Positions 1 through 11,500 of a stretch of 64,000 nucleotides of DNA are shown here, one piece after another. Location of the stretch: the sequence record OM386662.1. One strand, written 5' to 3'. This stretch comes from Escherichia phage vB_EcoM_ESCO47. The translations under genes and the position numbers were made by a program. The notes below the pieces were generated by a model that was not told the origin of the DNA, did no database searches, and saw only the letters and a program-made list of their open reading frames with translations. Positions within the stretch are counted from its first letter, which is position 1. The number at the start of each line of letters is the position of its first letter.

Positions 1-39
1 TCATTACTCTTGTAACTAACGTACTGTGAGGAATACACG

Positions 40-369
40 ATGAATAAGTTGAATATTGTTAATGAACTTCGTAAATGTGCAGAACCTACTCAGGAAGGAT
101 GGGATATTTGGTACCACGGTGCTTATCTTGGAACTATTGTAAAGATTAAAGCTGGTAAATATATGATTCTTCGTGAAGATAAGGATGCTCCAGTAGGTAT
201 TCGCAATAACTTCATGGCTGCAATTGGTTCATTCGTTGATGCTGCATACGAAGTGTATAAAGAAGATTACAAAGAACTTATGGAATCACAACCAGTTATT
301 CGTTCGATTGGCGTTAACAAAGTTCAACAGAAAAGCCTATGGCAACGTGTTAAAGGATGGTTCAAATGA
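40..369 (+). CDS. hypothetical early protein
   Basis: 109-aa ATG ORF; its stop overlaps the next start (ATGA); no motif recognised. Confidence 0.5.
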   Translation: MNKLNIVNELRKCAEPTQEGWDIWYHGAYLGTIVKIKAGKYMILREDKDAPVGIRNNFMAAIGSFVDAAYEVYKEDYKELMESQPVIRSIGVNKVQQKSLWQRVKGWFK

Positions 370-827
370 AAACCTTTGAAGAACGTTTAGCTTTGTTAGA
401 TAAAGCCCTATCACGTGAGACCCCTGAAAGTCTGGCTGCTAAATTACAGTCATATGGATACGAATATACGAAACAAGATGTTTTAGATGAAGTTCCTGAA
501 ATTTGTTGGGAAATTGGTCATTGGTGTAATGACCAGAAATTCCAACGACGAATTGTCTGTGCAGCCAACCGATTTAAATTAAAGGATGGTGGAACACTTG
601 TTATTCCAGGTGCTCGTCATTATTCTAAAGATATGGCTGCGGTATTAGATGCAGTTGAAGATAAGGTTGTTTCATGTCAGGTTTGTGGCGACGACCAAGG
701 CTTTATCGACCAGTATAGCAATTATTGGACTCGTAAAGAAGCAATGATTATTGCTACTTATGCCGGTCAGGTACGTATTGAACGCGGTGGTCGTGAAGAC
801 GAACTTTATTCAGAGGACCTTTACTAG
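366..827 (+). CDS. hypothetical early protein, Cys/His-rich
   Basis: ORF 357..827; ATG at 366 preferred (AAGGA 9 nt upstream, ATGA overlap with previous stop); contains CxxxxHxC and CxxC spacings. Confidence 0.5.
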   Translation: MKTFEERLALLDKALSRETPESLAAKLQSYGYEYTKQDVLDEVPEICWEIGHWCNDQKFQRRIVCAANRFKLKDGGTLVIPGARHYSKDMAAVLDAVEDKVVSCQVCGDDQGFIDQYSNYWTRKEAMIIATYAGQVRIERGGREDELYSEDLY

Positions 828-1105
828 TGAATCTTAAACAAATGCAGATTGATGATATTGAAACCCATATTAATCATATCAACCGCGGGAATGCCATGGT
901 GGAAGATAATTGGGGAACTTATGTTAACCAACCTGCATGGGACGCTTTAGATCACGAATATATAAACAATATTTCTCCTATTGACATTCACAAAAATATG
1001 AACGGTTTAAAACCATTTTTACGTGATATGTATATTGCTACAAACAAAGAAATTATTAGTTCGTTGGAATATCAATTAAGGAAACTAAAAGATGAGGACT
1101 CTTGA
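827..1105 (+). CDS. hypothetical protein
   Basis: 92-aa ORF with GTG start overlapping the upstream stop; alternative ATG at 842. Confidence 0.4.
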   Translation: MNLKQMQIDDIETHINHINRGNAMVEDNWGTYVNQPAWDALDHEYINNISPIDIHKNMNGLKPFLRDMYIATNKEIISSLEYQLRKLKDEDS

Positions 1106-1301
1106 TTCAAAGTCGGAATATTTTAATTCTTTAAATGACAAAACCAAAGCTTTAATACGTCATTTTATAGTTGAAATGGGCTATACCAACTCAAGCGACC
1201 TTAGAGAACATATAATTGAATGTGGTGTAGCCAAGAAATTCTCATTCACTGGAAAATGTTTAAACGTGGTAATTGCCCATTATGAACAATCTTGTAGCTA
1301 A
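1092..1301 (+). CDS. hypothetical protein
   Basis: 69-aa ATG ORF overlapping the previous ORF end. Confidence 0.4.
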   Translation: MRTLDSKSEYFNSLNDKTKALIRHFIVEMGYTNSSDLREHIIECGVAKKFSFTGKCLNVVIAHYEQSCS

Positions 1302-1390
1302 GCACAACTTCAATAAGGCTTCCGTCCACAAAGACAAGAAGAAAAACTTTAAAGAGTCTAACCGTAAGCAGAAACATAAAGGGAAAGGCT

Positions 1391-1678
1391 ATGATTACTA
1401 AGATCAAAGAACTACCGGCAACTGAACTTGTTCTGCACTGCGAATTGTTAGCCGAGTTATATTCCGTCAATAAAAATGTCTACCGTAGTGTCATTGTTGA
1501 TATGGAAGATGAAGTGTGTTCTCGCGTCAGGTTTCCTGTCGAGTTTAGTTACCATCCACCAGGTAACATTACGGTTGTTTTTGGTTCTGATTTTACCGAA
1601 GAAGAGGTCTTAGCAAAGCTCAAAGAAGAAATTGAAGCCTTTGAATTGCAAGATTATATTGACGACTATAGAGGGTAA
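1391..1678 (+). CDS. hypothetical acidic protein, possibly Arn (anti-restriction) by position and size
   Basis: 95-aa ORF just upstream of asiA, acidic C-terminus; T4 arn occupies this position; sequence not recalled. Confidence 0.45.
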   Translation: MITKIKELPATELVLHCELLAELYSVNKNVYRSVIVDMEDEVCSRVRFPVEFSYHPPGNITVVFGSDFTEEEVLAKLKEEIEAFELQDYIDDYRG

Positions 1679-1681
1679 AGT

Positions 1682-1840
1682 ATGAGCCATAACTTAGAGA
1701 ACGTAGTAGATGCCGAACGTGAAAGGGAAGCCTTAGTCTATAATGAACTATTATCTCATCTTACTACCTTACACTCGTATGAGCAGGAAGACTATACAAA
1801 ATATGTAGAAAGTGTAGAAAAATATGTTTACAATCCGTAA
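1682..1840 (+). CDS. small hypothetical ORF (52 aa)
   Basis: ATG ORF filling the arn-asiA gap; overlaps the asiA early promoter. Confidence 0.25.
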   Translation: MSHNLENVVDAEREREALVYNELLSHLTTLHSYEQEDYTKYVESVEKYVYNP

Positions 1841-1854
1841 GGATATGTTAATAT
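1826..1854 (+). promoter_or_regulatory. early promoter (GTTTAC, 17 bp, TAATAT) for asiA
   Basis: GTTTAC 1826-1831, -10 1849-1854. Confidence 0.6.
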
Positions 1855-1888
1855 ACACCTATCAACTAAATGGAATGAATAAAACATT

Positions 1889-2164
1889 ATGACTACCAAA
1901 AATATTGAAATCGTCCGTGAAATTATTACTGTTGCTTCTATTCTGATGAAATTTTCAAGGGAAGACATTGTTGAGGATCGTCAAACATTTATCGAATTCT
2001 TGAATGAGATAGGAATTAGAAATGATGGCCGACAGTTAAATCAAAACTCATTTAAAAAGCTAGTTTCGAATTTAACTGTCGAAGAAAAGAAAACACTGAT
2101 CAGTGAATTCAATGAGGGTTACGAAAATATTTATCGTCATTTAGTGATGCATTCTAACAATTGA
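1889..2164 (+). CDS. asiA: anti-sigma70 factor AsiA
   Basis: 91 aa; N-terminus VREIITVASIL..KFSREDIV and C-terminal KKTLI.EFNEG match recalled T4 AsiA; early promoter upstream. Confidence 0.9.
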   Translation: MTTKNIEIVREIITVASILMKFSREDIVEDRQTFIEFLNEIGIRNDGRQLNQNSFKKLVSNLTVEEKKTLISEFNEGYENIYRHLVMHSNN

Positions 2165-2169
2165 TTCAA

Positions 2170-2829
2170 TTATTTAGCCCTTCCTAAAATCCTGGCCGCT
2201 TGGTTACAAATAGAAGCTAAGCGGTCTTCTCCTATTATTTTAGTCCCCTTATACCAATACATTGAAACAGCCCCAGCATATACGTTGTCCAAATTAAAAT
2301 AAGGGCAACTATACATGTAGTTTAGTTCCTCAGTTTTAGACTTTGTTGGCAGAAATGCGAACTCTGTTTTAGAATCAAAGTGCCTTCCACTTAAATGAAT
2401 TAAATATTCATTCATAGTCTTATCCACCGGAAATCCACCTAAAGACTTCTCGGAAATGGTAGTAGGTAGTTTACCCTCATATGCAATAAGGTCCACAAAA
2501 TAATTTAAATTTTTAGGGCGGAAAGAATACACTGCACTAAAATCTGCACCGGAAGAGATATGAACTATCTGTAATTGTTCTAAAGCCGCAGATTCAAAAC
2601 GTTGGTCTCTTTCCTTTTGTATAACTTCTGTGTATGTGTCATATTTGGCTCTCACATAATAGTCGAGGAATATAGTTCCTTTATACCATATCAAAGCCAT
2701 AATGAATAAAAGAACAACAACGGCCACACGAGAAACAAGAACTTTCCCGGTGGCATTATCTTTGAAAATACGATCTAACAACCCAAATAGAATATCACTA
2801 GGAGAGAATGATACTCTAGGCGCTGCCAT
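2170..2829 (-). CDS. t: holin T
   Basis: 219 aa; N-terminal LLDRIFKDNATGKVLVSR followed by one TM segment as in T4 holin; adjacent to gene 38. Confidence 0.9.
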   Translation of the reverse strand: MAAPRVSFSPSDILFGLLDRIFKDNATGKVLVSRVAVVVLLFIMALIWYKGTIFLDYYVRAKYDTYTEVIQKERDQRFESAALEQLQIVHISSGADFSAVYSFRPKNLNYFVDLIAYEGKLPTTISEKSLGGFPVDKTMNEYLIHLSGRHFDSKTEFAFLPTKSKTEELNYMYSCPYFNLDNVYAGAVSMYWYKGTKIIGEDRLASICNQAARILGRAK

Positions 2830-2839
2830 AATACCTCCT

Positions 2840-3391
2840 TTATCTGAAGATATTTATCACTCTTTTAAAAAATGATTTTCGTTCTTTTTCTGGCCATGCC
2901 GGGAATTCGCCACCTAAATGCTCATGCTTTTCATAAAGAGCAAAGAAACGTTTAAGATTCTGGTAATAGAATTTCTCGTCTTTATTTGCAACAGAAGCTT
3001 CAACCAAATTAGACAAGACTTGGTACTCTTTAAAAAGTTGATCAAGTTTTCTATTTCTAAGAGTCAAACGTTTATAACACTCATCCTCTTTCCAGCCGCC
3101 ATCTATCCAAAGATCAAACTCGCCAGGCTCATCAAATGTTGCACCCTGTAAGCTTCCTATACTATCAATTTTAACGGGTTGTTTATCGAAGGTCCAAGCT
3201 AGTTTACCGCGATGATCTTCTTCGTAAATCCAATCTTGAATGCGTTCGTCAAAAACAATCGCATATCCTTCTTTATGATCAAGTGGTTTTTTAGTTGTAG
3301 AATGCGCCGGGAGCCCAATGCCTTTAACAGGTTTATATGTTTCTTCTTTATAAAATTCTTTAGTGTCAAAATAGTAGTGGTAAATTTTCAT
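2840..3391 (-). CDS. 38: gp38, T4-type long tail fibre assembly chaperone
   Basis: 183 aa (same as T4 gp38), MKIYHYYFDTKEFYKEE N-terminus; directly downstream of gene 37. Confidence 0.85.
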   Translation of the reverse strand: MKIYHYYFDTKEFYKEETYKPVKGIGLPAHSTTKKPLDHKEGYAIVFDERIQDWIYEEDHRGKLAWTFDKQPVKIDSIGSLQGATFDEPGEFDLWIDGGWKEDECYKRLTLRNRKLDQLFKEYQVLSNLVEASVANKDEKFYYQNLKRFFALYEKHEHLGGEFPAWPEKERKSFFKRVINIFR

Positions 3392-3422
3392 TATTATAAA
3401 GGGCCCGAAGGCCCTCTCCTTA
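3389..3422 (-). promoter_or_regulatory. split ribosome-binding site of gene 38: SD, UUCG hairpin, 9 nt, AUG
   Basis: mRNA reads UAA GGAGA GGGCC-UUCG-GGCCC UUUAUAAUA AUG; hairpin 3401-3414. Confidence 0.65.
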
Positions 3423-6400
3423 AGCTAAACGAACGATATAGTTAAACGCAACGTTTTTAACAGTGTTCTCTGTATTACCTGTTGCGTTAACTGTTATTGT
3501 GTGACTATGTGAGCCTAATGCAACGGTGTGTGTATGAGCACCAATACCTACAGTATGCGTATGAGCACCAACGGCCACGTTATGTGTATGTGCTCCAGCC
3601 GAAGCAGCAGTACCAGATAAAGAGTGACTGTGGTTGCCCTGACTGTCTGTTTTCGCACAATAACCAGCTCCCTGCTGGTTGGTTCCTTTAACCGTGGATA
3701 CACTTGCCGGAATGGTTACTGTTCCGTATTGGCTCCAACCACTACTGCTCATCCTTAAACCATCTGTGTGAGCATGGGCGCCGGTTGAGTTTGTGGAACC
3801 GCTCAGACTATGTGTATGCGCACCAGCTGAAGCAGCAGATTTGGTACCGTAGTCAAAACTCGAACTTGTCTTAGTACCGTAGTCAAAACTTGACGACGTT
3901 TTTGTACCTAGATCAACCGAGTTAGAAGAAGCACTATGGGTATGAGATTTAACACCATCTGCTTCTGTACTCAACACTGCACGACCACTCGGTTTACCTT
4001 TAATAGTTTGTCCACGCATATCAGGAATAGTTCCTGAAGTATATACTGCACCTAATTTAGGATACGCCGCTTTGTCAAAAGTCTGGCCTTCCATAATAGC
4101 ATAACCCACAGGAGGTGTATCAGTTGGCCATGGAATCGGAGCACCAATCGGATAACTAGAGATGATATCCGTCTTAAGACTATTTATCGTCGTATTTAGG
4201 TTAGCAAAGTTACCAGTACCACCTGTGATATTACCATCAGTACCAATTATAACGGTATTAATTTCAATTTTATTAGGTGAACGGAACGAGCCATCACGTC
4301 TAAATTGCCATGCTAAATCCGCCTTTTGTGGACCTGTTGAATCATTATCACCGCCTTCATGATAGTGAATTCTAAAATCACCCGTACTAATTAATGTACC
4401 CAAAGAATAACAACTATCGCCCTGGACATATCGTTGTTTCAAAATAGGAACGTAAGTACTTGTATCTGTACGATTAATATTCATGTAGAATGGGGCACGA
4501 ACATTTTCATTATTTTGCGAGACAAATGAACCAGCCCCTGCTGGTTTAACAATATCAGTACATTCAGCATCAATATATGTCGACTGCCCTAATTGCATAC
4601 GGAAATTAGGACTTATACGCGAATTAGTGGTCAACACAACGAGTTTTGTATCATTGTCTACGGTGACCATATTACCGCCGGCACCATCATCACCTAATGT
4701 AACGGTATGACGCATTTGTACCATGCCATTATTAAGACTAATACTTAATGGGCGGAGATTACTTATTCCACCGCTTTCACCAGCATCTTTGGGAGTTGGA
4801 ATAATATGCAATGCTGCTTCAGAGCGGCGGAAAATAGCACCGTATTCGGCATTCCAAATTCTTAATGCATCATTAGTTCCACCAATTTTAACTTGACCAC
4901 TAATAGAAGAACCGCCTGTTAAACTAAGTCCATTGCTCATGGTAACTGCACCATTTAAAGTGCTCAAACCATCAACTTTAAGACTTCCTGCAGTGTTAAT
5001 AGAGCCGTTAGCATTAACTTGTCCATTGAACTGGGATACAACAGGCCCAGTAGTTTCAGAGCCACTTGGAGCCATACGCTGTGAATAAAAATAATATCCT
5101 TGTCCATCAGAAACTTCGAATACTGTTTCGCGCGCTTTGTCACCGGTAGCATTAAAACTATTACCCCAAGCTTTAACAGTCACATAACTTTTATTCTGTC
5201 CTGCTCTAGAACCAGCTTCCCACAAGATTTGTTTTGTGCCGTCTACCCCTGTAGGAGCTTTAAATGTTAAAGCCGACGTATTATCGTCACCTGCAAAATA
5301 CATGCCGGATCGTATAGAAATACGTTGGGTTGAATAGATGGTACCATCAGCCCTAAGATTTAATTCATTATTACCGGTTTTGATGTTTAATATGCCAGGT
5401 TCAACAATAAGACCCTCGGACATAGATACTGCCATACGTCCTGTGCCACGGAAATAATGATAAAACTTACCATTACTATTATACCCAAGATGAGTTTGTC
5501 CATCACCGTTAGCATTACCATCAGGAGTTGTTTGAATTGTTAAAACAGAAGCGTTATTTCCAGGCATTACCCAGGTGGCACCAGAGTCATCTGAGCGACC
5601 GACAGTCAAACGTTTCGTACTTAAAAATACCCCATTTGTTAAAGTCGCAGTAGAAGTACCTTGTGCAACAAAATCAATTTTACCTGAAGCGATAGATTTG
5701 AATCCAGTAGATGGGTCCCCTAGAACTATATAACATTCGCCCATAGCGCCAGTTGAACCATAGTTATTAATGTTTTCATCTGCGGTAATTGTGCCAATTG
5801 CGAGAGAACGACGTAATACTAAAGATCCATCATTACGAAGACCCATCCGTTTATTAATCGCGGTGTCACCTGTCCACCAAGAAATCTCTTCGCTTTTACC
5901 AGTTTGTGAAGAAACTAATTCATGATAAATCGTGCCGCCGGATTTTGCGCGGAATTTACGAAGATAGTTAATACCGTTTTCTTCACCTGTGCCAGGATAA
6001 ACATACTGAACTAATGATTGCGAATCGTATTGTCCAAATGCTTTTGTGTCTAAAACAATGGTTTTCGTATTAACTTGTGGAGCAGAAACTATACCAGTAG
6101 CGGAGTTAATATTGCCTGACGCAGAAATATTACCTGTTGCAACAACCAAGCTACCAGAATCAACCGTAAATCCACCATCGCGTCGGAAAGTCCAATATTT
6201 CGAAGTGCCTGTTTCATCAATATAATGCATCTTCATTGAGCCTTCATTAACTAAGGTCCCTAATGAGAAAGTACCATCTTTATAACGTTGCTTAATTAAC
6301 GGGTTATATTCTGAAGTAGCGGTTGATGCGGAAATATCCATGAAAATAGGGGCTTTTGCCGTGTGTTGACCGGCCCAAGAACCAACTCCGGTGCCCTTAT

Positions 6401-6674
6401 AAGCAAATTCGATATATCCACCTGATGCAACATTTTGTGAGCCTATTAAATTAAATGTACCTGTCTGAGTATAGTTACCTACATGAGTTACATTACCATT
6501 AATATCCCCACCTTTAGCGAACCCAAGGTTAATAATATTGCCTAAATCATCTTTTGTAAAAATAGTACGATCTTTTAAGTTTATAGCCAATTCACCTTCG
6601 GCTAATTGCGCAGCTGTTGGATTAACACCAGCTACTTTGCTTCTTTTAAATTGTATTTGCTTAATAGTAGCCAT
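3420..6674 (-). CDS. 37: gp37, long tail fibre distal subunit (receptor-binding tip)
   Basis: 1084 aa; C-terminal GAHTHS/GAHAHT/GSHSHT His-box repeats and ..NYIVRLA end typical of T4 gp37. Confidence 0.9.
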   Translation of the reverse strand: MATIKQIQFKRSKVAGVNPTAAQLAEGELAINLKDRTIFTKDDLGNIINLGFAKGGDINGNVTHVGNYTQTGTFNLIGSQNVASGGYIEFAYKGTGVGSWAGQHTAKAPIFMDISASTATSEYNPLIKQRYKDGTFSLGTLVNEGSMKMHYIDETGTSKYWTFRRDGGFTVDSGSLVVATGNISASGNINSATGIVSAPQVNTKTIVLDTKAFGQYDSQSLVQYVYPGTGEENGINYLRKFRAKSGGTIYHELVSSQTGKSEEISWWTGDTAINKRMGLRNDGSLVLRRSLAIGTITADENINNYGSTGAMGECYIVLGDPSTGFKSIASGKIDFVAQGTSTATLTNGVFLSTKRLTVGRSDDSGATWVMPGNNASVLTIQTTPDGNANGDGQTHLGYNSNGKFYHYFRGTGRMAVSMSEGLIVEPGILNIKTGNNELNLRADGTIYSTQRISIRSGMYFAGDDNTSALTFKAPTGVDGTKQILWEAGSRAGQNKSYVTVKAWGNSFNATGDKARETVFEVSDGQGYYFYSQRMAPSGSETTGPVVSQFNGQVNANGSINTAGSLKVDGLSTLNGAVTMSNGLSLTGGSSISGQVKIGGTNDALRIWNAEYGAIFRRSEAALHIIPTPKDAGESGGISNLRPLSISLNNGMVQMRHTVTLGDDGAGGNMVTVDNDTKLVVLTTNSRISPNFRMQLGQSTYIDAECTDIVKPAGAGSFVSQNNENVRAPFYMNINRTDTSTYVPILKQRYVQGDSCYSLGTLISTGDFRIHYHEGGDNDSTGPQKADLAWQFRRDGSFRSPNKIEINTVIIGTDGNITGGTGNFANLNTTINSLKTDIISSYPIGAPIPWPTDTPPVGYAIMEGQTFDKAAYPKLGAVYTSGTIPDMRGQTIKGKPSGRAVLSTEADGVKSHTHSASSNSVDLGTKTSSSFDYGTKTSSSFDYGTKSAASAGAHTHSLSGSTNSTGAHAHTDGLRMSSSGWSQYGTVTIPASVSTVKGTNQQGAGYCAKTDSQGNHSHSLSGTAASAGAHTHNVAVGAHTHTVGIGAHTHTVALGSHSHTITVNATGNTENTVKNVAFNYIVRLA
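3500..3640 (-). repeat. His-box repeats (GAHTH / GSHSH) at gp37 C-terminal tip
   Basis: repeated GTGTGAGC / GTGTATGAGCACC motifs encoding HxH pairs. Confidence 0.7.
3844..3933 (-). repeat. 30-bp in-frame tandem repeat within gene 37 ([10 protein letters not shown] units)
   Basis: GTACCGTAGTCAAAACT recurs at 3844 and 3874, diverged third unit at 3904. Confidence 0.7.
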
Positions 6675-6688
6675 AAGTCCTCTTTAAC

Positions 6689-7351
6689 TTAATAATAGCC
6701 GAAATCTTGTACAGAATCTTTAATAACAATTTGGTCAAAACGAGGAACGTGTGAAGGATCTGACGCAGGGTTCTGGGAGAAAAAGTTTGGAGCTGTTAAT
6801 GCACCAATCATAGTATCGCCTGAACGAAGTACACGGCTGTTTGCGTTATTATTAACTGTATTTATTTGCCCATCAACATAATCTTTACGAGTAAGGTCAT
6901 TAGCCGCGATAGGAGCAACTGCATTACTTCTTATTTGACCTACTGCTGTCACAACGCCTTTTGTACTAATATCACCATTACGTGCATTAATTACAACAGT
7001 TCGGTCTGCTGAACCTTGTGATGATTTAAAACCAATACCATTCCACGAAACGATGTCGATATTTGCCATATCAAAAGTAGCTGAATCACCGTTACCTGGA
7101 TAAACACCACACTGTTGACTACTACCTACGGTAGGAACATGTACGCCTCCATTAAATCGAACAGTTGCAGCGTAAGTACCACCATTAGCTTTAGAAACGA
7201 AATCGTTATCAGCCGCTTGTGGTTTGTTATATTCAGAATATAATTTAAACGTTTTGTATAAGATGTCGTCGCCAGCTGGCATTAAAGGGAAATTACCTTG
7301 GTGCCAAATGACCGAACCACCTGTTGTTGAACCTGCTTTTAAATCTGCCAT
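6689..7351 (-). CDS. 36: gp36, long tail fibre distal connector
   Basis: 220 aa, position between 35 and 37; TATAAATA late promoter upstream. Confidence 0.85.
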   Translation of the reverse strand: MADLKAGSTTGGSVIWHQGNFPLMPAGDDILYKTFKLYSEYNKPQAADNDFVSKANGGTYAATVRFNGGVHVPTVGSSQQCGVYPGNGDSATFDMANIDIVSWNGIGFKSSQGSADRTVVINARNGDISTKGVVTAVGQIRSNAVAPIAANDLTRKDYVDGQINTVNNNANSRVLRSGDTMIGALTAPNFFSQNPASDPSHVPRFDQIVIKDSVQDFGYY

Positions 7352-7377
7352 TATTTGGCCTCCTTATAAGTATACCG

Positions 7378-7385
7378 TATTTATA
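7378..7385 (-). promoter_or_regulatory. late promoter TATAAATA for gene 36
   Basis: TATTTATA on + strand, 27 nt upstream of start. Confidence 0.55.
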
Positions 7386-7410
7386 CAAAAATGGGAGACC
7401 GAAGTCTCCC
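7386..7410 (-). terminator. hairpin terminator between genes 35 and 36
   Basis: same 18-nt GGGAGAC-UUCG-GUCUCCC module on - strand, followed by AUUUUUG. Confidence 0.55.
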
Positions 7411-7414
7411 TAAA

Positions 7415-8542
7415 TTATTCCGATGCTTCTCTAAATTCTTGACCAAATACTTTACCCGTATCAGTTGAAGATTGGGTAGGGAACGTCATAATATCTGGAG
7501 GACTTAAAGATTCTGAAACATAATTTACACGAATACCATTTACACCAAATTCTGCGGCCTTCGGTATACTTCCATTACACGAAACTTCAGTGAATATAAT
7601 ATTTCGTAATCCACCTTGACCGGCTGCCGCAGTTCGATAACAATAAATTGTGAACCCGTCAGCATCAGCAGGAATTTTAGTATACTCTTCAAATATCTTC
7701 CATTGTCCTGCTGTTCCATCAAAGTTTAAATCTTTAAATGAAATAGGAGACGTTGAAGGAGATTTAAAGAAACGTATAGAAAGTCTTGTGGTTCCTTGAG
7801 CTAACAAATCAGCGTCAGCCATCATCTGGAATTTCGTATAAAGAAAATCACCAGGCTTTAAATTGTAGTTAGCAAGAGGAGTCACTAGTGATGTTGTAGG
7901 CATCCTTTTAACTTCATTATTAGTTCCACCAACGGTAGATAAAAATGTATCCGTCGATTCAAATGTGCGAACAGGGAAACCGGTAGCACCTATATCATCA
8001 ATTGTATCATAAACGACTTCTAACGGAGTGCTATAATCAGCACGAGACTTTTTATTTCCATATTTTATATGCTCTAAAGCAATAGCGTTCTTTCCTGACA
8101 CATAAAACGCGGAATATGAAATGTCCACGATATTTAACACCGGTTGAGCCATAGGAATAACTGAACTACCTGCTTTAGTGAACCAAGTTAAAACTTCAGG
8201 CGGGAAGTTAGTCTTATTATTTGTCACAAAAGCAAATATGAATCCGGGAGCGTAAGAGTTCATAAATGCAACAAAAGCATTTGAAGTTGCGTCGTTTACA
8301 GTAGAAAAATTATAAACTTTACTTTCTACTATGGCACCTGACGACGGATTTATAATGCGAACATTTAATCCAACTGCGAAAACTTGACCACCGAGCGGAC
8401 TATCCTGAAAATTTATATACGGGTTTGTAGTTGAAAGCGGGCATGAACCCGCTATACTTAATTTAAATCTTACTGAATTGCTTTCCGATAAAAATGGCGT
8501 TTGGACGTATCCTTGTCCAAACTTAGCCATAAATTTTTCCAT
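7415..8542 (-). CDS. 35: gp35, long tail fibre hinge
   Basis: 375 aa, synteny 34-35-36. Confidence 0.85.
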   Translation of the reverse strand: MEKFMAKFGQGYVQTPFLSESNSVRFKLSIAGSCPLSTTNPYINFQDSPLGGQVFAVGLNVRIINPSSGAIVESKVYNFSTVNDATSNAFVAFMNSYAPGFIFAFVTNNKTNFPPEVLTWFTKAGSSVIPMAQPVLNIVDISYSAFYVSGKNAIALEHIKYGNKKSRADYSTPLEVVYDTIDDIGATGFPVRTFESTDTFLSTVGGTNNEVKRMPTTSLVTPLANYNLKPGDFLYTKFQMMADADLLAQGTTRLSIRFFKSPSTSPISFKDLNFDGTAGQWKIFEEYTKIPADADGFTIYCYRTAAAGQGGLRNIIFTEVSCNGSIPKAAEFGVNGIRVNYVSESLSPPDIMTFPTQSSTDTGKVFGQEFREASE

Positions 8543-8550
8543 AATACCTC

Positions 8551-11500
8551 TTATTCAATCCATTCGAATTTAACGGTTTTATTAATTGGATCTGGAACAA
8601 TTCTAACATTACCTATACGCAAGAAGTCACGAATAGTAAGGTTACCAATTACCGCGTTATCTGAAGGCAGAGCACCGACATCTGACGGTGAAGGTGGGTT
8701 ACCACTATCAAACACCATAGCAAAAGACGTCCAAGCATCTTTATTTCTCTGCCAGGTTCTAGTGTAACGTATACTACCGCCATTAGCTCCTGTCGGATAA
8801 CAAATCCAATCTTGATAAAGAGAATTTAAACTATTACCGAATTGGGTTAATGTGCCTGGATATTTAATTTCTTGAACACGATTACCTGCAGCATCCCTAG
8901 TCCAATAACCTGGGAACTGAGTATATGTCGCTTCATCATTAATATCGATAGACCAGAATCCAACCGTGCCTTCGGTAGGTTTACGAGTATAAAGATCAGC
9001 CGTTTTAGAGCCACTAGAAATGATTCGACTGTTTACAGTTAAACCACCTGAAGTAATAGTAGCACCATTTGTTATCTGTACACCGTTATCTAATCTAACC
9101 AGACCTGTAGCATTATTGATAGTCAATGGGCGTAATGAGTTAAATGTCCCAGACTGATTACCAGAATCGGTTAAAACGAAATATGAACTATTTCCGGCGT
9201 TATGAATCATAAAGCCGTAGTTACCATTAATCGCTCTAAATGCTATAGGAGATCGAGAAACAATTTCACCATTAGACGAAATAGAACCGGTAGAAGTGGT
9301 CGTACCTGTCACAGTCAAATTACCTGTTGCATTAAGGTTTACGGATGTCAATCCACCATTAACGTTCATCTGGATATTGCCAAGATTATTTCTCTGAGTA
9401 TAGAAATGATGGCTTGTTTCATCACTAACTTCAAATACTGTAGCTCGTGTTTTATCAGCACCGCTGCCAAACGTATTACCAAAAACTCGAATAGAAACGT
9501 TTTCTGTTGAACTTGTGGCGTACTGATTTCCCTTTTCGAAAATTAGACGCGGAGCAGTATCGGTATTAGCAATAGTTAATGTACTATTTGCGGATACTGA
9601 ACCACCAAAGAATCCGGTGCTTGTAGATACTAAAGGAGCACTCAGGTTCAATTGTTTAGTCAGACTTAAAGAACCATTAACTGTCTGGTCGATATCTCTA
9701 CGGATAAACTGAAGAGAATCCAGGCCATCTAACAACTCAGTATCAGCGGCTTTTGCTTTCAATGGTAAATAGTTAGCAAGCACACGGTTAAATTCATAAG
9801 GAGAAATAGCATAACTATTTTTCTCGTATAAGTTTAGATCCTGAGTATTGCCTTGTGTATCATTACCAACAAAAGTGATAGAACCGGATGAAGTTTTAAC
9901 GAATCCGCGAATCGCCGTAGTAGCAGCCCATGTTGGTTCATTCTGGACAATCCATTTTAAATTCTTAGGAGATACAGCGGTATTAGCTGAAGTACCAGTA
10001 ACTGTTTCTGCTTGGGTGGCGACTTTAATTACACCTTCAGAAGTTTCAGTGGACTTAGTCCCTAAAAGCTTTTTAGGAGTAATAAGAACATCATCTAAAG
10101 TTCCTGCATTAGATTCTGCCTGGGTCGCTACGCGAAGTGTACCACGTTGTGTTTCATTTGCTTTAGAAATATCGAGAGTATAATGGTTCCACAAGGTTCC
10201 TTCTTCAATAAGTCCGGAATCAGAATTAACACCAGTACGGTCAGAAGAATCAAAATGAGTTTTAACTTTCAAGGGAGTTGAAATTCGAGTATCATCAGTC
10301 CCAGCATCAAATTCAACTTGAGTTGCAATCTCTGCAATACCACTTAAAGCTTCTGTAGCTTTCCTGTCATTTAACGTTTTAGGCGTTACCGCACGAGTAT
10401 AATCAGTCCCAGCATCAGTCTCTGCTTGCGTAGCAATTTCAATTAAACCAATACGTCCGTCTGTAGAAGTTTTCTTATGCAGAGTTTCGGGGGTGACAAC
10501 AGCATGAGAATAACCAGCTTGAGATTGACCTGCAATTACTTCACTTTCAAGAGCCAGAATAGTAGCACCCTGTTGAGTAGAAGTCGCTTTATACTGATCG
10601 AGAGCTTTAGGCGAAATAGTTAACGTAGTTGTGTCTTTATTATAAACGTTAGTGCCTGCAGTCCCACGAGTAGCAGCAGGAGTAGCTGAAGCAGTCGATA
10701 CATATTTAACTATACCTGATAGAGTTTCTGAACCCTGACGTGCCTGTAATTTCTTAGGAGTGATAATAGTTGTATCATCGGTCCCAGCATCAGTCTCTGC
10801 TTGAGTAGCTATTTCTGCTAAACCGCGACGAGTTTCAGTCGCTGTACGCTCATTTAATTTCTTAGGTGTAACAATTGTATCATCAACAAATGTTGCAGTA
10901 GAATCCTGATTAACTTGAGCGGTAGTAGCAGTTTTTGCAATACCACGTCGAGTTTCAGTCGCTGTACGATTAGCTAATGTCTCTGGGGTAATTGCAACTT
11001 CTTTAGCCGGAGAATTTTCTAAATCAACATTTGCTTGTGCTTGGTTAGCCAAAGCAATAACACCTACACGAGCACGAGTAGTATCATTTAATGAATCAAC
11101 ACGTTCTACAGTCGGTATGTTTTGTTGAACAATCCAATAGTTGTTTCTACCGGCTTCTTCGATATAAGCTAATTCAATTACAGGAACATAAGAAGTAGTC
11201 CCATTAAATTCTAACTCTGTAACGGAAACCCAATCGGCATCAGGTGGATATTCTGAACGTTTAGGGAACTGAAGAAGTTCTACACTACTATAAATTGTAT
11301 CGGTACTTGCGGCTTTAATTTTAACCGTTTGACCTTTACGCATATAGTTTAATGAAATTTTAACAGTGTCTCCACTCAAAATTCCGGTAGGAAGAGTAAG
11401 ATTCACAGTTGATACTGAAGCATTGTTAGCACCAAACACGAGAATTTCTTCGTTAGGGCTAATTACGGTGTCAGTTCGTACAATGCGCAGTCGTGATTTC

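Noticed and set aside
3500-3933. Possible CRISPR-like array suggested by the short direct repeats in gene 37
   Set aside because: The repeats are in-frame coding duplications inside a long ORF, with no spacer architecture or leader
9202-10183. ORFs 9202..9510 and 9848..10183 on the + strand inside gene 34
   Set aside because: Antisense to a long, well-supported tail-fibre CDS, with no SD or promoter; typical spurious ORFs
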